From positions 1 to 50,531 of the IMG/VR virus record IMGVR_UViG_3300044620_000612: 50,531 nucleotides of DNA; one strand, written 5' to 3'. The first letter of the stretch is position 1, and each line of letters starts with the position of its first letter. Shown piece after piece: positions 26,298 to 35,818 of this stretch. Made by a program: the position numbers and the translations under genes. The DNA is from a virus. Its lineage: Duplodnaviria; Caudoviricetes. Below the pieces are notes generated by a model. That model did no database searches, was not told where the DNA came from, and saw only the letters and a list, made by a program, of their open reading frames with translations.

Positions 26298-26314
26298 CAT
26301 CAAATATCGTGCCA
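26298..26314 (-). promoter_or_regulatory. Sigma-54-like site (imperfect -12)
   Basis: TTGGCACGATATTTGAT on the minus strand. Confidence 0.35.
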
Positions 26315-26514
26315 AATAAAAATAATTTTAAAATTTATTTTGATAGTAGGAAATCATGAGGATAGGGGGTGTGAGGGTTTTAACCCCCCCAAAATTTAGA
26401 CTATAAAAAACTATAGCCTTCTACATTTTTACTAATACCAATTGACCTTGATTTCATATCACAAACTATCTAACCTAATTTTTTGGGGAGAAAATTTTCA
26501 AAGGTAACTTCCAG

Positions 26515-27063
26515 ATGAATAAGGACATCCTTGGCCTTGATCCTGACTCTGGAAAGTTAATTAAAAATAAACCGGCTAAGGGACCAGCTGGATTAAAGAC
26601 AAGTCATGTAATTAAGAATCTAACTAATGCCGAAATAATTGAAGCGATAACAAAGTGTCGAGGACTCCTATATCTTGCCTCAAATGTATTGAGCGTTAAT
26701 TACCAGACACTTGCTGAGCGGGTTAATAACGATCCCGAATTACAAGACGCAGTCAAGGATCAACGGGGTAAAACCCTTGACATGGCTGAAGCCAAATTGA
26801 TGCAGGCAGTCGATAAGGGAGAGCAATGGGCAATCACCATGCTCCTCCGTACTCTGGGGCGTGAGAGGGGCTTTGTGGAGCGTCAAGAGGTATCCAATGT
26901 AACCACAGTCCGGCTGCAAATAGTCGAGGAAATTGTCGATTCTAATCAGAAGCAAATTGCCGTAACAGTTAATCCGACAATCGACTATCGGCCAAACTTG
27001 CCAGAAGGATTCAGCGATGCCAAGACCGAAGGGGCCGAGCTTGAAGGCGAGTATGACGGCTAA
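26515..27063 (+). CDS. terS: Terminase small subunit
   Basis: HTH followed by LDMAEAKLMQAVDKGEQWAITMLLRTLGRERGFVERQE; immediately upstream of TerL. Confidence 0.8.
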   Translation: MNKDILGLDPDSGKLIKNKPAKGPAGLKTSHVIKNLTNAEIIEAITKCRGLLYLASNVLSVNYQTLAERVNNDPELQDAVKDQRGKTLDMAEAKLMQAVDKGEQWAITMLLRTLGRERGFVERQEVSNVTTVRLQIVEEIVDSNQKQIAVTVNPTIDYRPNLPEGFSDAKTEGAELEGEYDG

Positions 27064-29218
27064 AAAGCCGGTTGAAACAATCAGTAAGACCTTCAAGCTA
27101 CATCAAATTCAATATGATTTTCACCATTCCCAAGCCCTGTATCGAGGATTTGTGGGTGGCATCGGTTGCACCGCTCCAGAAACTCTTCTGGGCGGTATAC
27201 CAATTGGCGATCTTACTTCTTCTGGGGGAGAATGCCGGACTCTATTAGGTGACGCTCTAAGATCACCATCTTTCTGTAAGGGGAAAGCTGATCTTTATCG
27301 AGTGACAATGGAATCAGGTCGAGAGGTAACGGTAACCTTAGCCCACCGTTTTCTAACGCCAGAAGGCTGGATTCCTCTGAGCAAATTGCGTATCGGCTCT
27401 TTATTAGCTGCTGATGGTAGCGAAGATGCGATTCGTGACTTGGGAAAACCCATAGATTTGAAGGGTGATTATTGGCGGGGACTTCATCGTGATGATGTAC
27501 AGTCTCACCCGATTCAAGCATTCTATTTAGACAAAATTCAGCAATCCTTCGAGCGAATTTCCGGCAATCGCTCCATTCAATCTGGGATTTTCCACCCTTC
27601 CATTGGCGATTCTTTGGCCCAGAAGCATTGCCAGCCTTCCTCATCTGGAGAGTCTTATCATGCTTCAACATTCTCCTGCGTATCACTTCAGCATCAACAC
27701 TATAAAGCCTGCCCAAATCAATCGTTGACATTCCTTCCTTATATTGACAAACAACCTGATCCATTGGCAATTGATGAATTGGATTCCTTGCGCCCCTTCC
27801 GGCAAACACGCCATTCCTCCGAAGAACTCTTGAAACTTGACTTTGACCAATGCCAAGTTGAGCAGCAACAATCTTCTGATTTTTATGGGCATTCCATAAA
27901 TCAACCACAATATTATCCATATAGCCTCCGAGAGTGCTTAGGTTCAATTACTTATACTAATTCATTCTGGGACAAAGTTCAAGATATATCATTTATAAAA
28001 CATGGTGATTTTTATGATTTAACGGTTCCCGGTCTTGAGCATTATTCTGCTGCTGGGCTTTATCACCACAATAGTGGAAAGTCATGGGTTGGAGCTTACG
28101 ATTTGCTACGCCGGGCGATGAGTGATGATGGCAAGGGCCGCCTCTACATGGTCATTTCCCCGACCTACAATATGCTCCAAGACGCAACCATGCGAACAAT
28201 CAACCAGTTGGGAGAAGAATTAGAAATAATCCGAGAGAAGTGGAAACAGCCTCCCCGCCTTGTTCTTACAAATGGATCAGAAATTATCTTCCGTTCCGGT
28301 GACGATCCAGACAAGCTACGGGGGCCAAACATTAGCGGAATCTGGATGGATGAAGCCTCGATCATGGAGGAAGAGGTATTCAATATTTGCATTGGTCGTT
28401 TGCGGGAAGGCGGAAAAGCTGGATGGCTAACATCAACCTTCACGCCCAAGGGAATGAGCCATTGGACTTACAATGTATTCGGCAAAGGGGATCGTGAGAA
28501 CACGGAGCTATTTAAATCCAAGACCTCCCAGAACCCGTTTCTTGCTGGAGAGTTCATTAAGGCAGTTTCCAAGCAATATTCAGACAAGCAGGCGAATCAG
28601 GAATTAGATGGCGAATTCGTCGATCAGGAGGGCGCAGAGTGGCCATCCGCCCATTTCGGTGAACATATCTGGTTTGAAGAGTGGCCTGTAAATTCCAACA
28701 TTAAAATCAAAACTATGTCAGTTGACCCGTCCAAAGGTAAAGATGCACGGCATGGGGATTATACGGCAATTATTAAATTAGCCCGTGATAATAACGGAAT
28801 CATCTATTGCGATGCCGAATTGAAGCGCATGGATGCCGAAACAATGGTAGCCAAGGTGGTGGCAGAGGCTGAGGCATTTGAGCCGGATGGCCTTGGAATT
28901 GAAACAAACCAATTCCAGCATCTACTAGCTACGCAAATACTTGAAGAATCAAAAAGGCAAGGAAATGCTATTCCAATCATGCAAATCTATAATAATATAA
29001 ATAAAGATGTGCGTATTAGGAGGCTGGGGCCATACCTCGCCAATAAACTAATTCGATTCAAGCGTAGTGAAGGCACTCGACTCCTTGTTGCACAGCTGCG
29101 TGAGTTCCCGCTTGGGAAACATGATGATGGGCCGGATGCCTTGGAAATGGCATTGCGGACTATGATTTCCATCTGGAATGGCAAGCGGGCTCCACTGGCA
29201 AGAAGGATAATCGCATGA
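27017..29218 (+). CDS. terL: Terminase large subunit interrupted by an intein (start may be 27053)
   Basis: Walker A GGIG|SGKS split by the insert; LRGPN...WMDEAS Walker B; VDPS and HDDGPDA nuclease motifs. Confidence 0.95.
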   Translation: MPRPKGPSLKASMTAKKPVETISKTFKLHQIQYDFHHSQALYRGFVGGIGCTAPETLLGGIPIGDLTSSGGECRTLLGDALRSPSFCKGKADLYRVTMESGREVTVTLAHRFLTPEGWIPLSKLRIGSLLAADGSEDAIRDLGKPIDLKGDYWRGLHRDDVQSHPIQAFYLDKIQQSFERISGNRSIQSGIFHPSIGDSLAQKHCQPSSSGESYHASTFSCVSLQHQHYKACPNQSLTFLPYIDKQPDPLAIDELDSLRPFRQTRHSSEELLKLDFDQCQVEQQQSSDFYGHSINQPQYYPYSLRECLGSITYTNSFWDKVQDISFIKHGDFYDLTVPGLEHYSAAGLYHHNSGKSWVGAYDLLRRAMSDDGKGRLYMVISPTYNMLQDATMRTINQLGEELEIIREKWKQPPRLVLTNGSEIIFRSGDDPDKLRGPNISGIWMDEASIMEEEVFNICIGRLREGGKAGWLTSTFTPKGMSHWTYNVFGKGDRENTELFKSKTSQNPFLAGEFIKAVSKQYSDKQANQELDGEFVDQEGAEWPSAHFGEHIWFEEWPVNSNIKIKTMSVDPSKGKDARHGDYTAIIKLARDNNGIIYCDAELKRMDAETMVAKVVAEAEAFEPDGLGIETNQFQHLLATQILEESKRQGNAIPIMQIYNNINKDVRIRRLGPYLANKLIRFKRSEGTRLLVAQLREFPLGKHDDGPDALEMALRTMISIWNGKRAPLARRIIA
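27213..27920 (-). CDS. HTH-HNH homing-endonuclease-like protein encoded antisense inside the intein
   Basis: Two HTH-like segments, GPKNRQWKGG, ETVHHHDEVPANNHPSNL...HLRYH; GGAGG 4 nt before ATG 27920. Confidence 0.85.
   Translation of the reverse strand: MDNIVVDLWNAHKNQKIVAAQLGIGQSQVSRVLRRNGVFAGRGARNPIHQLPMDQVVCQYKEGMSTIDLGRLYSVDAEVIRRRMLKHDKTLQMRKAGNASGPKNRQWKGGKSQIEWSDCRKFARRIAEFCLNRMLESGETVHHHDEVPANNHPSNLWVFPSHESHLRYHQQLIKSRYAICSEESSLLALENGGLRLPLPLDLIPLSLDKDQLSPYRKMVILERHLIESGILPQKK
27954..27982 (-). promoter_or_regulatory. Promoter candidate for the antisense HNH gene
   Basis: TTGAAC-N17-TAGTAT; -10 box ends 34 nt upstream of the ATG. Confidence 0.55.
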
Positions 29219-31350
29219 ATACTTGGCAGAAAATCATCAATTTCCTTCTTCCGCCAAAACCTACCGGAGAGCATGGCAAGCGTGTCAAGAGGAACTTGCG
29301 TGAAAATGTACTCACGAATGATTTTTGGCTTGGCAATTATGTCGATCTTCTCGACCGTTTCCGTGATGGAGGCGTGTTCGCTTATCCAATCTCGAATCCA
29401 CAGGATCGGCGTTACGGATCGAATTTCCCATTCTGGTACTCAGAGCAACAGTTATCTATTATTCGGGCTCAAGCCCGGCTTGTTACCACTACGAATCCAA
29501 ATGCAATTGGACTCCTTAACGGATTATGCAGTTATGTCATTGGCAGTGGATTCAATTACCGTGTTGCCCCAAAGGGAACAATCGAGATCGACGAATCCAC
29601 AGTGCGACGATGCCAAGATGTACTCGACAGATTCCTGAATGAGAACGAATGGGATTTGATGGAGGACGAGATTTTCAAGCGTTCCCGAACTGATGGCGAA
29701 TGCTTCCTCCGTCTGTTCCCTCAACCTTCTGGACGGTTATTGATTCGCACAATTGAGCCAGAGCAAGTCTATCAACCACCCGGTGAAGACTTCGCCCATT
29801 GGTCATATGGAATTGAAACTGACCCAGACGATGTATTTAACATAATGAATTATTACATCGACTATAACGCTCCAAAGGGCGAAGAGGAGCGGGATGCCAC
29901 TGCTGGAAATGTAAATGGCGAAACAGTACCAGCCGATAGGATTATCCACATCAAGTGCAATGTTCCAAAGGCAATTAAGCGAGGATTGTCAGATTTTAGC
30001 TACGATACGCTAGATACATTTTCAACTTCGGCCAAGCTACGCAAGAATTTGGGAGAAGGCGCATCAGTTCAATCGGCAATTGCTGCTGTACGCCAGCATG
30101 ATGCAGCGTCTGCGTCTCAAGTTGAGGCATTTGTCGATGACATGATCGATTATTCGGTGGCCAATGCACCAAGTGGGCGACAGACAGATTATCAGCGTAT
30201 TGAGCCGGGTACATTCTTAGACATTCCAAAGGGAATGAATTATGTTAAACCACCCGGAGCAGATAGCGCAAAAGATCATCTGGAGATCTTCCAATCGCTA
30301 CTTCGCTCAGCTGGCAATCGACACAATGCGCCAGAGTGGCTATCTTCGGCCAATGTGGCTGGGGCAAACTATGCTTCCAGCTTGACGGCTGAATCTCCAT
30401 TCCTTCGCAACTGCGTTAGGATGCAGACATTCTACCGACGATACTTCTTGCGGATTGCCCGTGAAGCAATTCGTACTGCTGCCGAGATGGGTACTCTGCC
30501 AATCAACATCTTGGATGTTATTGATGTTATGGTCACTCCTCCAGCAGTAGAGGCCCGTGACAAGATTGCTGATTCTCAAGCTAACCAGACATACATGACA
30601 ATGGGTATTAAATCTGCCCAGACAATCACTCAAGAGCTTGGCCTTAATTTTGACGCAGAACAGCGCAACATTGAGCAGCAAGCTGAGAAGATGGCATCTG
30701 AAATTGCACCCGGTCAAGAGGATTCTTCCCAAGTGTCTGATTCTGCTCTGAACGGGTTGCAAATTGAGAATCTGGTAGGAATCGTCATGAGGGTAGCAAC
30801 TGGGCAGATTCCAGTTGAAGTTGGCAGATCAATTGCGTCTGCTGCATTCCCATTAATGCCTCAAGACCAGATCAATGCCATTTTCCCTGAATCGCTACAC
30901 GGGACGCAAGAGTTGCCTCCTCACTCCGCTGGACGGTCAGATCCAACGGGGCAAGATCCAATGGCTGAACAGCCTGAAGATCCATTACAGGTAGCTCCAG
31001 TGCAGGAGTCTAATGACGAAGGTAAATACGGCCACATAACTTTCACGCCTCCTGATTCAGTGCGTAAAGCTGCCAAGCGTGGATTAGAACTAAGGAAGAA
31101 GTATGGGCGAGGCGGAACTGCAATTGGCGTAGCCCGTGCAAGGGATCTAATGAATGGTGCAGAACTATCTCCATCAACCATTAATCGCATGGTTAGTTAC
31201 TTTGCCCGTCACGAAGTGGACAAGAAGGGCGAAGGATGGGGCAAAGATTCAGCTGGGTACATTGCATGGCTATTGTGGGGTGGAGACTCAGGAAAGTCTT
31301 GGGCAAGCAAAGTTTCCAAGCAGATGGATGCAGCGGATAAAAAGAAATGA
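29215..31350 (+). CDS. Portal protein (lambda-like) with C-terminal extra domains
   Basis: Follows TerL; DGECF, IIHIK...RGLS, ANYASS motifs. Confidence 0.85.
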   Translation: MNTWQKIINFLLPPKPTGEHGKRVKRNLRENVLTNDFWLGNYVDLLDRFRDGGVFAYPISNPQDRRYGSNFPFWYSEQQLSIIRAQARLVTTTNPNAIGLLNGLCSYVIGSGFNYRVAPKGTIEIDESTVRRCQDVLDRFLNENEWDLMEDEIFKRSRTDGECFLRLFPQPSGRLLIRTIEPEQVYQPPGEDFAHWSYGIETDPDDVFNIMNYYIDYNAPKGEEERDATAGNVNGETVPADRIIHIKCNVPKAIKRGLSDFSYDTLDTFSTSAKLRKNLGEGASVQSAIAAVRQHDAASASQVEAFVDDMIDYSVANAPSGRQTDYQRIEPGTFLDIPKGMNYVKPPGADSAKDHLEIFQSLLRSAGNRHNAPEWLSSANVAGANYASSLTAESPFLRNCVRMQTFYRRYFLRIAREAIRTAAEMGTLPINILDVIDVMVTPPAVEARDKIADSQANQTYMTMGIKSAQTITQELGLNFDAEQRNIEQQAEKMASEIAPGQEDSSQVSDSALNGLQIENLVGIVMRVATGQIPVEVGRSIASAAFPLMPQDQINAIFPESLHGTQELPPHSAGRSDPTGQDPMAEQPEDPLQVAPVQESNDEGKYGHITFTPPDSVRKAAKRGLELRKKYGRGGTAIGVARARDLMNGAELSPSTINRMVSYFARHEVDKKGEGWGKDSAGYIAWLLWGGDSGKSWASKVSKQMDAADKKK

Positions 31351-31553
31351 TCCAAGTCAATGCTGAGCATGATCCGCTTGATCTATGCAACCTGACTGTA
31401 GCTTTTATGCTACAGTTGGGTACAGTGAACGAGATTGTCAAGCATCAACCGGATAACGCACAAGCCATTGAGAAGAAGCAGTATTTAGAGAGCGGATTAA
31501 AAACTCACATAGCTGAATGCGATAGATGCCGGAATTCCCTAAAGGATGAGTGA
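31347..31553 (+). CDS. Small hypothetical protein
   Basis: ATGA coupling to the portal; HIAECDRC motif. Confidence 0.55.
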   Translation: MIQVNAEHDPLDLCNLTVAFMLQLGTVNEIVKHQPDNAQAIEKKQYLESGLKTHIAECDRCRNSLKDE

Positions 31554-32829
31554 TATGGATTTCAAAGATAGGATCAAAGAGTTTAGGCGGATAAAGGCCA
31601 GTGATCTTTTAGCTAATCCGCTAAACCATAGAGTTCATCCAGAAAAGCAGCGCAAAGCATTACGCAAGACTCTAAAAGAGATTGGCTTTGCTGGAGCGTT
31701 ATTGTGCCGTGAGCATGATGGCAAGTTGATCTTGCTTGATGGTCATATGCGGGCAGCTGAGTGTGGCGATGCCGAAATTCCAGTCCTAATTCTTGATGTG
31801 AATGAGGATGAAGGAAACAAGATACTTGCCTCGTATGATGCCATCGGATCAATGGCAAAAATTGACGAGAAGATTTTAAATGATCTGATGGATTCATTCA
31901 CTAGCGATATTGGTGATGTATTCGGTGAAGTGAATTCATCAGGAAATATTTTTGAGGAAGACGAAGAGAAACAGAGGAAAAAAGAGGAGGAGGAAAACGA
32001 ATTAAGGGAGAAGGAGCAAAAGGAAGATAAGGCAAGACGAGAGCGGATAAAGAGTGGCGAAGAATTATTAGGTGTTAAGCCGGGAGAACTGTGGAAAATT
32101 AGGGATGGTTCTTACATCTACTGCGGTAGTTATAAGGACAAGATTTTCACAGATATGTTTATTGAGATGGCAAATTTTGGGGCAAAGACACGAACATACT
32201 ACAAGGTTATGTTAAACGCTCCAAGAGCGACAACTGCGGAATATGGCGCATTTGATTTCCTGTCCAATCTAATTAAATTAGACGAAGGTTGGACTTTTAC
32301 AAATAATGATCCAGCCCTTCTCGCCTCCCTGCTGGACAGTAACAGTGTGCAGGGACTATATACATTTTCCAATGGTGATTTCTCTCAAATAACGACATTC
32401 CACAGCAAGAATAAATCTGAGCCTATTTCTCATATGAAGAACCATTTTAATGAGGAAACTGACAGGGATAGGGGGAGGCATCTAACAGCGAATGTCGAAG
32501 CATTCCCTCCTCCGGTCAATGGCGCAAGAGTCCATAGATTTGCATTAGAAAAACTTATTGCCAAAACCAAGAGACACGCATCAGCACAAGAAAAAACTGT
32601 TCCGTTTCTAATTATTCCATGTTCAAACACTGGACTAATTACAAGAATTGCCTTATCAAGCCACCATTGCAAAATATTGGCAGCTGAACCAGACCCAAAT
32701 TTGGTAGAGTACACTCTTCAAAACTTTTTCGCTTTTCCGGCAAGACATAACGAAAACCGGGAAACTATGCCTCCACCAAAGAGGATAATTAGATGGAAGC
32801 AGCAACTAGGCGATTTAACGAACTCTTAG
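31546..32829 (+). CDS. ParB-N domain fused to a degenerate DNA methyltransferase-like domain
   Basis: NPLNHRVHP...LLDGHMR; KPGELWKI...IYCGS; catalytic and SAM motifs appear decayed. Confidence 0.7.
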   Translation: MSDMDFKDRIKEFRRIKASDLLANPLNHRVHPEKQRKALRKTLKEIGFAGALLCREHDGKLILLDGHMRAAECGDAEIPVLILDVNEDEGNKILASYDAIGSMAKIDEKILNDLMDSFTSDIGDVFGEVNSSGNIFEEDEEKQRKKEEEENELREKEQKEDKARRERIKSGEELLGVKPGELWKIRDGSYIYCGSYKDKIFTDMFIEMANFGAKTRTYYKVMLNAPRATTAEYGAFDFLSNLIKLDEGWTFTNNDPALLASLLDSNSVQGLYTFSNGDFSQITTFHSKNKSEPISHMKNHFNEETDRDRGRHLTANVEAFPPPVNGARVHRFALEKLIAKTKRHASAQEKTVPFLIIPCSNTGLITRIALSSHHCKILAAEPDPNLVEYTLQNFFAFPARHNENRETMPPPKRIIRWKQQLGDLTNS

Positions 32830-33875
32830 CTGCAAAGGTTGGTATTGAGCAGATAGAAGCACTGCATGATGCAGATATTGTTTCAAGGAAATTGCTTGGA
32901 CTAATATCTCAACGGCAAAAATTGGCAACAAATGCCAAGGATCTCAACGACTACACTTCAATCCATTTTAATTTGGAATGTATTTATCTGGAAATTAACA
33001 GTCTTGTAAACAGATTGTGCCCAAAAATACTTGAGGATCATTCAAGACGGCTCAATGTAATTATGGCCGACCTACTTGTAGGAAACGATTTACAAGAGTC
33101 AAAGCGCACAATTGCCCGTGATATTTTTCCCGGTATTCCAAAGAATTTAATCCTTGAAATAATTCGCAACAGAAATATTCCTCAGCGAATTATGCAAAAA
33201 ATGTCTCGTACCCGGATGAATCCAACTGCTGTAGCACAGCTAATTGCAATCCAGAAAGACCCGTTAATCCGGTCTGCAATGGTCACCCAGTATTTTCAAA
33301 CTATGCGGAATAATGCCTACATGATTGCCCGTACGGCAATTAGTTCAATGATGGGCCAAGTTGCCAGAAATACATATTCGTCACTGCCCAAGGAATTGGT
33401 GGGGTTCCAAATCCATGCCATTCTGGACAGTAGAACAAGACCAGCACACCGTGAACGGGATAAGACGGTTTATTACAAGAATCCTCGCTATGACAACCTT
33501 GGCTTTGACCAGATGCCAAATCCGCCACTGGAGGCAGATGGATCGACTGCATTCAATTGCAGGTGCTGGCTAACCCCAATTCTGAACACTGAGCCAACTA
33601 AATTTTATGATTTTAAAGGCCGAATCATTCCAGATGCCAAGACTTTCAGCCAGTGGTTTGGATCAAGTACGAAAGATAAGCAGGTTTTAGCGATTGGGGT
33701 TAAACGGCACCAGATGGCTTCAAAGCGTTTAAAGAAAGGCGAAACACTCCAGTGGTGGCATCTGCTAGACCCAGATTCTGGGATGTTACTTGATTTAGAT
33801 GAAATAAAATCAGAATCTCCCCAAAAAAGGGCAGGAAGAATTAAAAAAGCAAAAAATATCATATTCAAGGCTTGA
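32793..33875 (+). CDS. Head morphogenesis / minor capsid protein (SPP1 gp7, MuF-like)
   Basis: IARTA...AILDSRTRPAH...PP...FNCRC. Confidence 0.85.
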   Translation: MEAATRRFNELLAAKVGIEQIEALHDADIVSRKLLGLISQRQKLATNAKDLNDYTSIHFNLECIYLEINSLVNRLCPKILEDHSRRLNVIMADLLVGNDLQESKRTIARDIFPGIPKNLILEIIRNRNIPQRIMQKMSRTRMNPTAVAQLIAIQKDPLIRSAMVTQYFQTMRNNAYMIARTAISSMMGQVARNTYSSLPKELVGFQIHAILDSRTRPAHRERDKTVYYKNPRYDNLGFDQMPNPPLEADGSTAFNCRCWLTPILNTEPTKFYDFKGRIIPDAKTFSQWFGSSTKDKQVLAIGVKRHQMASKRLKKGETLQWWHLLDPDSGMLLDLDEIKSESPQKRAGRIKKAKNIIFKA

Positions 33876-33900
33876 CATAATTTTATATTGCTATCAATAT
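33872..33900 (+). promoter_or_regulatory. Putative promoter upstream of the head genes
   Basis: TTGACA-N17-CAATAT in an AT-rich gap. Confidence 0.4.
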
Positions 33901-33907
33901 ATTTAAT

Positions 33908-35233
33908 ATGCCAACTAATCTTTCGCTTCTAGAAGACCTCAACTCTATTATTCCACTTAGCCAATGGTCGAGTGGCAAAGAGGCTTTGACGGTTGATCGT
34001 GAAGCCGGGATCATCAAAGGCATCAAGATTCTTGGGTTCACATCTCAGAATGGTAGGCGATATACGCCTGAAGCCTGTAAAGCTGCGATTTCCCTGTACG
34101 AAGGGAAAAAGGTCAATATTGACCATCCAGAAAAAGGCCCAACTCAGCAGCGTTCAACCTATGATCGCTTTGGAAAGTTCATCAATGTTCGCTTCGTTGA
34201 AGGCGATGGACTTTTTGGTGATCTCCTCTACCTCAAAAGCCATGAAATGGCTGAGAGTGTATGTGAAGCGGCTGAGCGCAAAGAACTAAATGATGTATTT
34301 GGAATGAGCCATAATGCTCAAGGCGAAGGATCTGTAGATAAACAAGGTATATTCGTTGTCTCACGGATAACGGAAGTGCGCCATGTCGATCTCGTCGCAG
34401 ACCCGGCAACGACACAATCGCTCACGGAATCAGCGACAGCAAAGCAGAAAACAGAAGAAGCAGCGTACTCTGGAGTTTATCGAACGAGTAAAAAACGCTC
34501 TCCTAAAGCGAGGAGGGGATTCGTGAAATCCAAAAGTAAAAGCGCAAACAAGCCTACTGGGACTATTAAAGAGAGCGAAGACGAGACTACTCCAGTAGTG
34601 AACGAAAAAGAAGAAGACAGAAAAGACTTGCACCATCGGGTCATGCAGATCATTACCCGTGACGATATGGCTGATGATCGTAAAGCTGATGCTGTTCTTG
34701 ATTTCCTTATGGATGAAATGGGAGACGAAGAAATGGATGCAACTGAGGCAATGGATCGTATCGATGATACAAATAAGGATCAGAAAAGCGATACGCCAGC
34801 TGATTCTGGATCGGATGATACAGAAGAGGCGAAGGGCACTAAGAAGTGCGCTAAGTGTGGTTGCGATTGCCAAGGCAGCGAGATGGATGCTGAAGAGGCA
34901 AAATGCAACGAAGAGGAAGGATCTTGTGGTGATGGGAAGGAGCGCATGAAACCTGTAAAAGAATCTAAAGATCCTAAAGAAGAGCTTGAATACTTGCGGG
35001 CCAAGGACAACATTCGAAACTTGTGTGAGCAAGCTGGAATCAAGTTCGAGGATTCCCTCGTAGAAGACCTTTCCAGCCTTTCCGCCTCCTCTTTGGAGCG
35101 TCAGATCAAGCGAATTGCTGCTTCTGAGAAAGCTGCAAAGCCAAAATGCCCACCAATCAATGCCCCGCTTCAAGAAAGTAAGGGTAGTGGTATTCCTGAA
35201 GGTGATTCTTTGTTCCGTTGGTTGCAAAACTAA
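33908..35233 (+). CDS. Prohead protease / scaffold fusion
   Basis: SQNGRRY, NIDHP, GMSHNA, VDLVADPAT; acidic C-terminal half. Confidence 0.85.
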   Translation: MPTNLSLLEDLNSIIPLSQWSSGKEALTVDREAGIIKGIKILGFTSQNGRRYTPEACKAAISLYEGKKVNIDHPEKGPTQQRSTYDRFGKFINVRFVEGDGLFGDLLYLKSHEMAESVCEAAERKELNDVFGMSHNAQGEGSVDKQGIFVVSRITEVRHVDLVADPATTQSLTESATAKQKTEEAAYSGVYRTSKKRSPKARRGFVKSKSKSANKPTGTIKESEDETTPVVNEKEEDRKDLHHRVMQIITRDDMADDRKADAVLDFLMDEMGDEEMDATEAMDRIDDTNKDQKSDTPADSGSDDTEEAKGTKKCAKCGCDCQGSEMDAEEAKCNEEEGSCGDGKERMKPVKESKDPKEELEYLRAKDNIRNLCEQAGIKFEDSLVEDLSSLSASSLERQIKRIAASEKAAKPKCPPINAPLQESKGSGIPEGDSLFRWLQN

Positions 35234-35248
35234 AAAGGGGGTACGACG

Positions 35249-35788
35249 ATGAGTACGACTTTTGGTGGTGGTAGACTCTACAAGCCTGCTTCTGATACGG
35301 TTATGAATCTGCCCAGCGCAGCTTCGACCGCTATCACTCCCGGCGACCTGTTGTATTGGGATACTTCGGCAAAGGTTCTAAAGCCTTTCGATGTTTACCC
35401 CGCAACTGGAACGGTTAATACCGACCAAGCTGCAATTCGTGCAGTTTTCGCTGGTGTTGCCCTTCAAGGTAAATTGGCAGCTGATGCCAGCACTGGCTAT
35501 CCAGCTTTCAACGGTGAAGTAATCACTTTCACCCCTGATGCTCTTTACGAAGCAACTTGTGCAGCTACCACTTTCGAGCCGGGTGACTTGGTTGCAGCTT
35601 CGGTTGCAGCAACTGCTGGTGCTGGCAATGTCGCAGCACAGACCCTTGTAAAGACCACCGATGCGGGCGAAGCATTGGGTTATGTTGTTGAGCGTTATGC
35701 AAGTAACACAACTACGGTTCGTGTTCGCTTGATTGGGCGATGGTCGCCTTACAACTTCGCTGATTACAACACCATCACCTCGGCCTGA
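35249..35788 (+). CDS. Head decoration / capsid cement protein
   Basis: Lies between protease and MCP; AITPGDLL and FAGVA patterns. Confidence 0.7.
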   Translation: MSTTFGGGRLYKPASDTVMNLPSAASTAITPGDLLYWDTSAKVLKPFDVYPATGTVNTDQAAIRAVFAGVALQGKLAADASTGYPAFNGEVITFTPDALYEATCAATTFEPGDLVAASVAATAGAGNVAAQTLVKTTDAGEALGYVVERYASNTTTVRVRLIGRWSPYNFADYNTITSA

Positions 35789-35818
35789 TCCCTAACACAA
35801 TAAGAAAGGTACTGATCC

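Larger units (their letters stand above)
27167..28072 (+). mobile_element. Intein (302 aa) in the TerL Walker A loop
   Basis: Starts with Cys (CTAPET), block B TLAHRF, block F FYDLTV, ends HHN followed by Ser+1. Confidence 0.92.

Noticed and set aside
34430-35227. 265-aa antisense ORF over the scaffold
   Set aside because: Phe/Leu/Ile-rich mirror of Glu/Lys/Asp codons; no recognisable domain.
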